Assembly (NCBI RefSeq): GCF_022539665.2
Contig: NC_081333.1
Span: forward strand, 9,982,001-10,046,000
Origin: Daphnia carinata
Taxonomy: Eukaryota
Length of the DNA stretch: 64,000 bases
Reading direction: 5' to 3'
The position numbers were made by a program, and so were the translations under genes. The notes under the pieces are model-generated. The model saw only the letters and a list, made by a program, of their open reading frames with translations. It was not told the DNA's origin and ran no database searches. This document shows, piece after piece, positions 1 to 20,660 of this stretch (positions are counted from its first letter, which is position 1; each line of letters starts with the position of its first letter).

Positions 1-904
1 TTCACTCCTTCACTCAGCCTGTCACGTTACAGGCAACATTTTTGGAAAAACCTGATTTTAAAGGCTTTGAAGGTGAAAACCCACCAGTTCATATTAAAGT
101 TGAAGACATACAGTTAAATACCCCTCGGCTTGTATATGAAGGTGAAGTTCTCTAACTTCTCCATGTTCCAATCAATACCTACTGACCATAGTATTTTCTC
201 TGCAGGCATCCTTTTTTCAGCTCATGCAGCTGTAGACTCAAAAGTTGAAGGAGCTGCTTATTTACCAGTTCTCTTGGCAAGAGGGCCCATACCTGTTCGA
301 AACAAGGTTCACGAATGTCTAACCGCAGTTTTTTCTTCCGCCATTCACGAAGTTTCATTTCCTCCTGAAGAAATGCAGTGGATGATTGCAGCTTGGTCAG
401 GCTTTCTAAATGAGTCCCAAAAAAATAAAGAAGTGAACTTTCTATATGGCCTTCCGGCAAAGCCAGACACAATCCAATGTCAGTATTCTGTGAATTTCAT
501 CAAAGACCTTTGGAGATGGTTAGTCATTTATGTTCTGTACCTTTCGTCGACAATTTTAATTTCCAAGCTTATCTTATCACAGCATCCATGACCAAGACAG
601 CCTAGTTGTAGAACTGAATGAAGTCAAGAAATTCCATGATGTCCTGGTGAGGCATACGTATCAAACGCTCGGTCTCAACTTGGCCGCCGTTCCATTGGTC
701 ATATACAGAACACCTGACTTTGAAATACATGCCACTGGAAAAGTAAAAACTATAAATAGGTTGCATTTTGTGTGGTTATGTTGTATCAACCCGCTTTTAT
801 GCCTCTAGGTTAAAGTGAGAACTGTCGAATTCGTCCCGAGGATTTTACACTTTATCGCAGACTTGTGTGAAACCCGAAATAGAATGGATTTAAACGAGTC
901 ATAA
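1..904 (+). CDS. CENPL: Centromere protein L-like (CCAN subunit), 5'-truncated by window edge
   Basis: Exons <1-141, 206-518, 583-742, 809-904 (TAA) join in frame over 64-66 nt GT-AG introns. Peptide ...YLPVLLARGP...FPPEEMQWMIAAWS...RHTYQTLGLNLAAVPLVIYRTPDFEIHATGKVKV resembles recalled CENP-L motifs (LPLFLANG, LSWMAAMW, FKIHLSATRLVRVST..AHTDGKIK). Recognised from memory, no search run. Confidence 0.75.
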
Positions 905-2080
905 CCAGAAAAATGTTCATGAACCCCTTAACCACTGCCGGTGAGATCTTTTTCTTTTCCGAAAGATTCATTGAACGACAAACAGTTAAATGGCTTTCTC
1001 TTGGACTTAATTTCCTTCCCATTTTGGTCATACCACAATCCATCTGGGGAGAAAGTGATCATTGTTTTACCCTCATAGTGGATAACATATTGTATTTCTG
1101 CTCCAATAGCCAAGTGCAGCATTTCTACTTCTCCGTAAAAGAATTTTATGTTTGTACAAATGATAAAAATTCATTAAAAGAGGAAAAAGCTCTAGAGCTG
1201 AAACCCACTGCGGACCCGGGTAGGAACTCGGGATCTCGTACACAGATGGGGTCTCTATCTAAGTTATGAATTGCCGTTTTAACCATTACAAAGCTCCTAC
1301 TAGACAACCGCTTTTATCTTTCTCACCTCGTTCTCACATTTTTTTTCCTTTTTTAGTAGAAAGCATTTTAATGTGTATTTATCGAGTTTTTGTAATGTTG
1401 GAAATACATTTTTAATTACAGAGGTTATCGGGCTGGTAGGCGCATAGGTTGTTGAAATACGTCCAAATAAGCAAGGTTCTCGGTCGGTCATTGAAATCAA
1501 GAGTGGAGAGGAATCAAAATTCGCCAGTCTGTCGTTCATTATACATTCGGCTTATCCGTTTTCGTAACATAAAGACAGATATACGGTATCAGCGCAAGGA
1601 GATCCTATTTGTTAGGGGACGCCAACGATTCGATTCGTCTACGTTTCTTTTAACGAGGAAGTCGGGGACTGATAGAAAACCCGAAACGGCATTGTAAACG
1701 GCATTGCTAGTAAAGGAAAGAAATGGTTTATTAACGCAAGAATCCAAAAGTCACCCCTCCCATGCTAGTTTTCCTTGTTTCGGTTGCACCGATTGTCGCA
1801 AGCGAACGAAGGATTGCAGTGTTTACCTAATTTTTGAATTGTACTGCGTGAAGAAACAGATACGGAACGCCTTAGCCATAATTTACAGTGCTTCTACCTC
1901 GTGTGGCGTCTGTAATTGTTGGTCGGAGAAATAAGGGCGACGCGTAAAGCTCCACCGACACGGCACTGAATGAAGAGACAGGCGCCGTGGGACGTATCTC
2001 TTTGATATGTATAGCAAAGATGGTGATAGTTGGCCCGTTTATTTTCATCCGAAACGAATGAAGAGTAGCGCCAAAGAAAT

Positions 2081-2090
2081 CTATTTTTAG
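2081..2090. promoter_or_regulatory. MEF2 consensus site upstream of alpha-actinin
   Basis: CTATTTTTAG is an exact YTA(W)4TAR match; an identical site lies at 8259-8268 in an Actn intron. Function is inferred. Confidence 0.35.
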
Positions 2091-4004
2091 ACGCACTAGG
2101 CGCAAGAAAGCTGACGAGGCCTCTCCCCATTCTTTTAGTTGGTGTGTGTTGGCGACTGGAAGCTAATGGCTAGCGACATCTTGTCTCCCACTAATGAAGA
2201 TTGTTCGCTGAAAAATTTTTTAGAAGGCCAGCAAGAATTCTCCTTATTTTCCAGTTTTGTTGTCACTTACTTCTAGAAAAGCCTTGCAATAAAAAAGAAC
2301 GTTTCCCCCCCGTTCGTGTAGTCAACAATGAGAGGAGGTAAACAACCACAAAAATACCTGACGGAATCACAAACTAAACACGTCGTGCATTGATAATTTT
2401 ATTTGTTCTAATTTATCAGCATAGCTGTGTGTTGTATGTGCCGAGTTTTCGTTTGGAGGATTTCGAACCAGGTCAAAATATTCAATTTTCACTTTCTTTT
2501 TTGTCCTTTGCTGGTGGAGCTGTTTTGGCAGAAGCTTGCCGGACAAACGGGCGTTGTTGTGCAGAGGTGAAGTCATCCCACCCGATTTAGAATAGATAGG
2601 AAGTAAGAGGAACGCGAACGAATTCAATTGGCGTAGAACTAATGAAAGCTTTTCTCATTTAGAGGAGGTATGTGTGGCATGCAAGCATTACCAAATTATA
2701 ATTTAATATTTATGCAAGACGTCTTAAGCGTAGAACGATAAACTTCTACTATCTTGATTGAAAAGCTTAAGCTACTTAAATGGCCCAGACGGAGGATCCT
2801 ACGTTCCTCTCTTATCTGTACTTTGTGGTTGATAAAGCTGCACCAAAATTGTATTTGGTTTACTGGTTATCGTGCATTCCACGGCACGAGGGGCTGCACT
2901 TTAAGCTCATGACAGTGAACACATTTTAAATAATTGCATAAAATAACGTAATTGCTTTGGATACATGGCAATCGAGAAAGAGAAGTTAGTAACCATGGCA
3001 GCAAAAAGGCGGAAACATAAGGGCATTATCATCCGTGGGAATAGATGTGCCGTTTCTAGTTCCTTGACCGCCCCACAACGATACATGAAACCGTCTGTAG
3101 GCGATGTATTAACATGGAAGAGCATGCAGTTTACCATACGACCGGTACTGTGGCACGAAAATAAGTCGACGAAGAGTTGAAATTGGCAAGCAGAAGCATT
3201 TCCCGAGAAAATGCCTGGCCAGAGTCGAACGATACGGTTGGACAGGCTGCTTCGTCGCGACGTCTCTGCAGTCCAAATATCCAGCGAGAAAAGAAGGGTA
3301 CAAGAAAACGTCAAGGTGATTAAACGACGTCTGCTGCTGTGTGGGCCACATGTATAACGAGAATTGAGGTAGCACTCCTCCACTAGTACAAAAATGGAGA
3401 AATATTCAAAGAATTAAAAAAACGAAAATAATAAACGAATAGACAAAAAATAAACAAAGAACAAAACAAAAAACAAAAAAACGAAAAAAAAACATGGCTG
3501 GCATTAGATTTCAAACTAAAATGGGTTGGGGGTATTCTGCGCCTTGCCTAACATGAGGCGGCGGTAGTAAGTGCCGAGATTGTCCGTCGTCTGAATTTGG
3601 CGTGGCAACGATGTACAACTCGATCGTTGCAGACGGGGAGAAGCAGGAGGAAGCCAGTCGAGGCCCGGTTTGCAGCCGTCGATCTTGTTCTCACCGGTGA
3701 AAAAAACGAATATCTGGTTAAAGCGATTCTCTCTTCACAGTCGCCTAGTAAGGCCTCACACAATCCATCTTGTTACACATTTTTTTCTTTAAGCAAAGCG
3801 TTTGTTTGGTTGTTTGTTAACGAATACTGACGCCAAACTTTTCGTTGCAAAAAAGGGGAGACACCAACAACTCTCAAGTCTCAGCATCATCATCCAAACG
3901 GAGTGAGGGCCCAACGTCGTGTGATTTGGAAATAGCTCAATCTTTCGAGAGGCATCCAGCCCTTTATTGAAGACGAAAAAAGTTACTGTTCTGTTTCGAG
4001 CAAG

Positions 4005-13186
<9,182 letters not shown>

Positions 13187-14998
13187 AAAGAAGAAAAAAA
13201 GAAGAAGAAATTAAAAAAAAAGAAAGAAGGAAAAAGAGAAAACGAATTTAGAAGCCACCGGAACGAGAAAAAACGAAACAACGAGGCAAACTTTGTTTAG
13301 CAATCGGAATATCAACAACGCAGCCGCCACCACCACTCTTGTGTTACCATAATTATACCTACCAACTACGTCATAGGGTCCTCTCGGGAAAAAGACTTTT
13401 TTTTCATTGTTCAGCCTACGAGACTAAAAACAAAAAACATTCAGAAGGAACCAATCGCCGACCGGTTTAGCGTGTGGAGACAACGAGCGACAGAGAGAAA
13501 TACGAGGGCGATGCATATATTTAAAAAAAATGAAAAGAAGAGAAAAAAGAACTCACTGCCTTTGTTTTTTTTTTTAACTTTATTTTTTTTTTTTTTTTTT
13601 TTACTGCTAACATATCTTTCGTCGACTGGCTCTGAGTCTTAAAAACCATTTATTCTATAATTTTTTTTTTTCTTTTGTTATTTTCCTTCTTATTTCCCTC
13701 TTTTCTGTTGACTCTCCCTCGCCGGAACTCCCTCCTTCTTCTTCAACCCCCCACCAATGCACACACACACACGTACCGTGTCCTAATTGACTTAACCTTC
13801 ACTTTAGGTTCCTTCTTTTTTCCCCCTGCTCTGTCTCCTCGTGTGTGTGTGTGCTGTGTTTGCGTGCGGTTAAAACGTAGGCCAGTTTCTTTTTTAGAAG
13901 AGAATAAGGGCGTGAGCGCGTCCAGGGCAAAAGTCTAGTCGTTGCTAAGGAGAGAAACATACACACACACACACATTTAAGAAAAACATGCAAAATCAAA
14001 TATTTAAAAAAAAAAAAGGGAAACATTTTACTTAAAGGAGATGCAAAAAAGTGGCCAAACTGTTTATCACACACACACACCGAAATCTTTTTGTTCTTCT
14101 TCAATCGGGTGGGGGAGTAACATCGTGACAATTGTATTAGAACTTGTCTTGACGTTACGAGGGAAAAACGTCACTTGTGGCTTTTTTTTTCATTTTTATA
14201 CACAAATTCATTTACCTTTTTTTGTCGTCTTTTTGTTCGTCTAGTTCTAACCCCTGACGCTGCTGATTTACCTTTCAAACAAACAAAAAAAAAAAAAGAA
14301 ATAAATCTTTTGTCCTTTGTCCTCTTTCTCCTAACCCCCGAAAATATTTAGCCATGTCTTGTTATTTCTATTTTTTTTTTTTTTTCGGGGAGTTGCCGCG
14401 CTTTAAACCTGATGATTCTTTTGAGACTCGTCACCTCAACGTGACCCTCCTGTGTGATTTTTTTTTTCAGAAAGAATTAAAAAGAAAATAATAATTGAGA
14501 TAACATTAACGCAGATCGGTATTTGCAGTTAATACAATGGCGGGTCGTTCCCACTCTCTTTTTCTCTCTTCTGATATATTATAGTCTTCTAATAATATCT
14601 AATGATATATCCTACTAAAAAAGAAAAAGCGCTATTTTTTCCCCCCCTCCACCTCTCTGCTTTCAATAGTTTCGCTGTCGTGGACAAAGCTGAAACCTGG
14701 ATTAATTTAAATAAATACATACGCTGCTTTCCTTGTTCAAATACTTTCATGACCTCCGCATCCTCCCGCTCCTTCCATTTTTTCTTCAATTTTTATTAAA
14801 TCTATATATTTTTTTTTTTTAATTTTTGATTTTCGTGCAAACATGGCCAGGTGTTCACATGGAGAGAAACGAGAAGAAATATAAAAAAGAAAAAAAAATT
14901 CGTGTTCCACGTTCTCTATATATATCAACGCATTAAAACAAATTAAAAAACAAAAATTTATTTCAATTCAAAAATGGAATGGTGAAATAAAACGGTTT

Positions 14999-16137
14999 TT
15001 ACTCTACATCCTTGGCCGCAGCGCAGTCAGAGTTCATCAACGTCTTCATTGACCGTTCCACGGCTTCCACCAAACTAGGGAAATTGGGATCCATTAGGCA
15101 GCTGCGGACGAGGTCCGGTACCAGTTCAAGGGAATTACCAATATCCGCATAATCTAACGCGTCAAAGAAGTTCAGTTTTTGAGTTAGCTAGAAATCAATA
15201 ATCGATGAATGCAAATTACCTGAAGGCCATTTAGAATGTTGAGGATCTAAAACGGCTGCGGCCAATTGTTGGAGCGAGATGGCGCATGTAGGTTCATGAT
15301 GGTCGTCGTTTTGACCTTGTCGATCGGCGTCGTGTAAAGTAAAAAAACGGGACAGGTGACAAGCGCAGGCGTCAGCCACAGCCGTTGATTCTTCCTGGTC
15401 GTTGGCTAGAAACCGAATACGAAATTTGCGGCTAGTTTCCTGGTGCGTGACCGAATTCAATGATCATTTATTAAAAACAAGCAAAAGCGAGGAAAAAAAA
15501 CAAACAAACAAAAGGGCTGGGAAATTTGACAACCCGAGACTCACCTTGGTATTGGAAATGAAAAACAGCATGTTAGGTCCACGTCTTAATAAATGGAATG
15601 CAAATTTTTCAGAAATATTTAAAAGTGATCAAATGATTGGAAAAGTTGGTTACTTAATTGCCCTCCACGTTCCTTGGGCTTCCGTCAAGTTGATGCACTC
15701 GAGCAACATATCATCGTGGACAATTTGAATGTAATGGCGCTGTAATGAATACCAAAGAATCAAATATGGTTGCATTGAAAATTTAAAAAACAAAAACAAG
15801 TTATGGTTATTAAAAGAATTTAAAAAAAGGCTATAGGAAGATCACCATAAAATCTCACTTGAGTAATTTGAATCCACATGTCGTGGGGGTCTCCAGCCGT
15901 TCTCTCGTGCCACGTTCCAGCGCCCGGCTTTTTGCTGATGATCAAGTTAGCATATTTGGACAAGGGCCATCTCGCCAACGTGTTGTTGTTGTTGTTGTTG
16001 TTGCAAACAGGACTGGGCAGGGGCGAAACGGCACCAGATGGATTATTTTCGGATGCTGCTGCTGACGATGATGTACTTGCCGTCACAACTTGTGGTTTTG
16101 CTTTGCTTCTCAGTAGCCTGGCTGCCTGGCTCGCCAT
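14999..16137 (-). CDS. REC114: Meiotic recombination protein REC114 (SPO11 accessory factor)
   Basis: Exons 16137-15859, 15739-15654, 15584-15545, 15439-15220, 15153-14999 (TAA) join in frame. Signature-like motifs RWPLSKYA, SRKFRIRF and C-terminal CLMDPNFPSLVEAVE match recalled REC114 motifs (WPLQRYG, SRLFRVQF, CLMDQNFPAFVEEVE). Confidence 0.88.
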
Positions 16138-17007
16138 TTTAAGTTTACGAACGACGATTGGAACTTGATGAAAAAAAAAGGAAAAAACGAGGGGTTAAAA
16201 ACAAAACAAAAGATTTTTTGTTACCAGATACCCACTCACGAACGACCACTCACAGCCAACTCTTTGAATGGCGGGTTGTGGTGAACCCAAATAACACGAG
16301 CGTGAAGAAATGTGTCTTAACGATGCAGACGATCTTCTCATTTTCGCCGCCATGTTGTGTATTATTAATTCTTTTACCGGATTTGAAACAAAAACTTCGC
16401 CTGCGATTGGCGACATAATAATAAAAAAAGGGGAAACAAATGCCGCATTTTTAATTATAGCTCTGAGAAATAAAACAAGCCTCATGATTTCAATGTCATT
16501 TGAAAGGTATTGATGGCAGTTAGCCAACCGTTTCGAGACACTCCTCGAATCAACAGCAATAGAGGTTTCAAGTCTCAAACCAAGGCCGACTAATGCTTAT
16601 GTAACTGTCGGCATCTTTAATTCAACGGATTTATCACGTAGTAAATCACTTCTACAAGTTGTTCTCGAGTATGTGGAAGAGGACCAGAGAGAGGGACCGA
16701 CAAATGGCCTCGCGATTGAAAAGAAAAAAAAACCGGCATTAGGGTGAAATACGATCCTCCTTTAAGTTGCCAGAACTACTCGCTAGATGTCGTTGAAAAT
16801 TGGAAGAGGGTAAACGGACGAGAAGAAGAAAAAAAGCCCCTTCAGTTTCATTCATAAAAAAGAAGAGGGAAGAAATGAAAATGGGAGGAGCTACAGCCAA
16901 CTGAGAAGAGGCATATAGTCATACAGTGGAGAGGAGTCTCATGGCAACGGCCACGCAAATGCACGAGCAGTACTGACGAAACGTCAACCTCCCCCCCGCG
17001 TGTGTGC

Positions 17008-18436
17008 TCAGTTCCAGCCCGTGAACAGCAGATCAAAACTAAAATTTCCTCTTGCCTGAGTGGACGTGTATTCACTCGCCGTCATCGACACACATGTGGA
17101 CACTCTAGAAATCGCCGTTGTGTTTTTGTTTGTTTTTTTTGTGTCCACTCTTTTTTTTGTGTTGTTGATCGTTTTCAACTATCTCGTTCGTCGAACGCAC
17201 TTCATTTTCACCAGGTAAGACTCTCTCTCACTTGATTGCCACGTTGTTTTTTTTGCAATTAGCATGGCCGGTTTCTACAAGTGTGGGTGACAATATTACG
17301 ACACGTTGTTCTTGACGTCATGTTACCCTTTTGAAAACCTTATCGTTGTGTATTTATGTTGATAGCACACGTTGCATTTCGTCACGAGTTCGAAAGGTTC
17401 CACTCAAAAACAAATACGGCGGTTATTTCAAATTCTCCTGTTGCCATTATTATTATGTTTCGAGGGGGCGGTTATGATGTCGTGGGAAATCAGTGTTTCA
17501 TTTTTCGTAACGCCTCGAGGCTGGTCGCTTTTTATTGTAATGGCTGCGCCCTTGGTCCTTACACACGTAAAAAAATCTTATTTTTTCCCCCCTCACCGAG
17601 CCACCGGTGAATTAAAGAATACAATAATAAAAGTGTATTCAAGGGTGGGAACACACACACAACAATGTAGCTACTTGCTCTTCTTCTTCTTGTTATTATT
17701 ATTTAATTTTTTAATACTTGCAAGATTCACCCCTTTTTGATTGTTGTCGGGCCTCTTCTTTTCATTTTGAACGGTCTGAACGCTTTTCAGTTGCTGGCCA
17801 AGAGACTCGAATTTCAAAAGGGGGGTGCCAAAAAAAAACCTTTTTTTAGGGAGAGAGAGGGGGAGGGGGGGGGTTGGTAGAGTGCCATATAATACGATGG
17901 GTAATTTGAGATTGGCAACGTTATAACCGAAAAATATCACTCTCTTTCAGTTGAGAAAAAAGAGATCTTTTGTGTGTGAGAGTGTCTCATCAAATCCATT
18001 CCCAGAAAGAAGAGCTGCTCATCTCTAGAACTCTTAACATATTCTGAACACGGAGCAAAATCATCTTTTCTTCTTCACCCGATTTCTATCTCCTTCTTAT
18101 TTATAACGAATTTTATTTTTTACTGTTGTAAATTCTACTTCAAGTCTTGTTACTTTTATTTATTTTTTTCGAAAAATGGGATCTCTATAAAAGTTACTGT
18201 CGTTGCTTTTTAATGGAGCTCTCCCTCCCCTCTTACTATTTTCTTTTTTTGTGAATAGAGAAAGAGACTCTCCTCGAGTCGCCCCCCATCTCCATTCATC
18301 TCGTGATTGTTCACTTTTTTTTTCTTGCTCTCCGGCCAAAGGGGTCAGTGTGTGTGTGTGTGTGTGTGTTAAGGTGGTGGATGATTGCACGACGCAAAAG
18401 GAGGGGGGAGAACAGGTAGCTGAAGAGGTGCCTCAG
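17008..18436 (+). promoter_or_regulatory. Putative pointed promoter and 5' non-coding exons
   Basis: Arthropod Inr TCAGTT at 17008-17013, strong donor CAG|GTAAGA after 17214, second exon ~18342-18436 ending in CAG|GTGAGT. Both lie upstream of the first pnt coding exon. Confidence 0.45.
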
Positions 18437-18678
18437 GTGAGTGTTATGAAACAACCCCATGTGTGTGAGCGAGCACACGTGAAAAGCTTATGTATACGAC
18501 CCTATAATGTAATTGAGCAATAGTTTCTTCTCACGGTCCTTCTGCTTACTATGCAAATGATTTCATCTCTATTTTTTTTTTTGGTTCCTCGTAAAAAATA
18601 AAAAATAAAGGGAAAATTTTCAAATTTAAAGCCCTTTGCTCTCGAGATGACCGGATGCGGTCGATTTAGGACATTAAT

Positions 18679-18716
<38 letters not shown>

Positions 18717-20660
18717 CTTTTTTTTTTTGTTGACCCCACCGGAGGGTGGACTATTATTCTCGTTACCTTGTCATGTACAACCGTCAACAGTTTGAAAATC
18801 CAGGGCTTCCGGTTGCTATTTTGTGAATGTAATTGAAAGTCTACGAGAGAAACAGAGAGAGGCTCCTGTCGTCGTGCCCAGTCACGTGATCTTTGTCTTG
18901 TTTCATTGTGTTACACCCCTATTCAAAGATGCAGATTGAAATGTGAAAAGAAAACGAAATTTACTCTTTAACAGTAGTTTCTCCTTCCATCTCATTTTGA
19001 TCTTAATCAAGAGCGGAAATGACGGAGCCGTAATCTTTTTTTTTTTTCAAAAAAAGGTAATGACCTTTAGATCATCAAAGGGTTCAAAGGTGTGGCCGTC
19101 TACATTTTTATGCGATAAGACGGACCAGTCCACTTAACTTAAAACTCCTCCCAATTGCAGGTGTTAATTTTATGTACCCCCCCCCCCCATAACGTGAACT
19201 GTCTGCCTTTAATCGTTTAAAACATTCACGGCACTGGAGCCAACTTCTTTCGCCTAATGCGTTGATAAATAATTAATTATCACAGTTCTAACATTCGCTC
19301 ATTTAAAAGCACTTTTGCCAACTGCTACGCAAAAAAAAAAAAAATGGAAAGCTAAAAGCACCAAAAAAAAGTAGATGACACAGAAAAGAGAGTGACCTTA
19401 TTTCTTAAAATTTAATTTGATATGGGGGGGGGGGATGCAGCGTATAGTGTTAAGAATTGACCCCGGTACACACACACATAGAGCCATACGCTGGCCATCT
19501 GTTGCTTCTGGTTCATGCTGCAGGGGGTTTATCCACCACCACTACCCACGGAACCTGTTGGTAGTTAAACAAGTGAAAGGAGATGAGGGGGGTGAAGTTG
19601 TTCCCATCCCACACACACACACACACACACACAAAAGAGAAAGAAAAAAAAAAGACAACGTGAGAAAGAGGCTCACCCCCCACAAGTCCCTGGGAGGTCA
19701 TCCACTCTGTACTTATTATTATTGGATTATCGATAACATTTGACTAATCGTCTTTCAGAGTAATTGACCCTGTGTGTTTACCGTGTCAATCCGACTTCCG
19801 GATGAAAGGAGATGACCCCCCTTTCTTTCTTTTTTTTTTTTTTCTTATGGCCTCTAATCTACATAAATTGTTCGTTAGCTTTCCTCTTTTTGAGAACAAT
19901 AGCGCACCCCCAGCGTTCAAGTCTGAAAAGTCTGAACGTGAGTCACAGTTTTACACGCGCAGTGCGAGAAATGGCTGCCATAAGTGTAAGAAACATGAGG
20001 TGAGGCCAGCGTGAGAGATGCGTTTGGGTAGTGCGAAGTTTACTCTTCTTCCATGGCTTTGGTCGTTTTATAAATAGAATAAGAAGCTCCGAGCCGATTT
20101 GAGCGGGCCGCCCCTTCGCAGGCGAAACGCGCGCGGGTCGCTTGAATGGCTTTCCGTTTCGGACTTGGGTGTCTATGACGCGCATTGCCACGACTCGCCC
20201 TTTTTTTTTTTTTTTTTTGGCTTGAAAAAAAAAATGGGAGCTGATGGTTCATCCCTTAATGAGAAATTCAAAAATTTTGCATATGGAAAAACAACGGAGT
20301 TTCTTTTTACGATTTTACTGGTCATAGAAGATGGTCTGATAAGAGAAAAAAGTTCGCGTCTCAGATATCTTCGACACTCACTCAGCATTTTTTTTTCAAT
20401 TTTCTTTAATTTTTTTTTTGTTGCTCTTTAAAAACTGTGTTTGAATGACGATGACTTGTGCTTGACCTTGACAAAAAAATTGATTGAATCAACTCGAATG
20501 GATTCGCTGAATCGGCTTACTCCACATTTCGCTATCGTTTGCAAATCAAATTCAATCGCCTCCTGTTTCGTTTTTGCTCAACACATTTCTTACGATCATT
20601 TCTATAACTTAACATGTCTTTTTTTTTCTTCTTTGCTATGTTTGGCGGCCAGTTTTCCGG

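Noticed and set aside
928..1122. 63-80 codon minus-strand ORF with TFSPDG (WD40-like word)
   Set aside because: Bounded by stops, no splice partners found, overlaps the CENP-L 3' UTR; no other family motifs.
2907..3383. Overlapping 70-158 aa ORFs upstream of actinin
   Set aside because: No recognisable domain or consistent splice sites; probably UTR, intron or decayed repeat.
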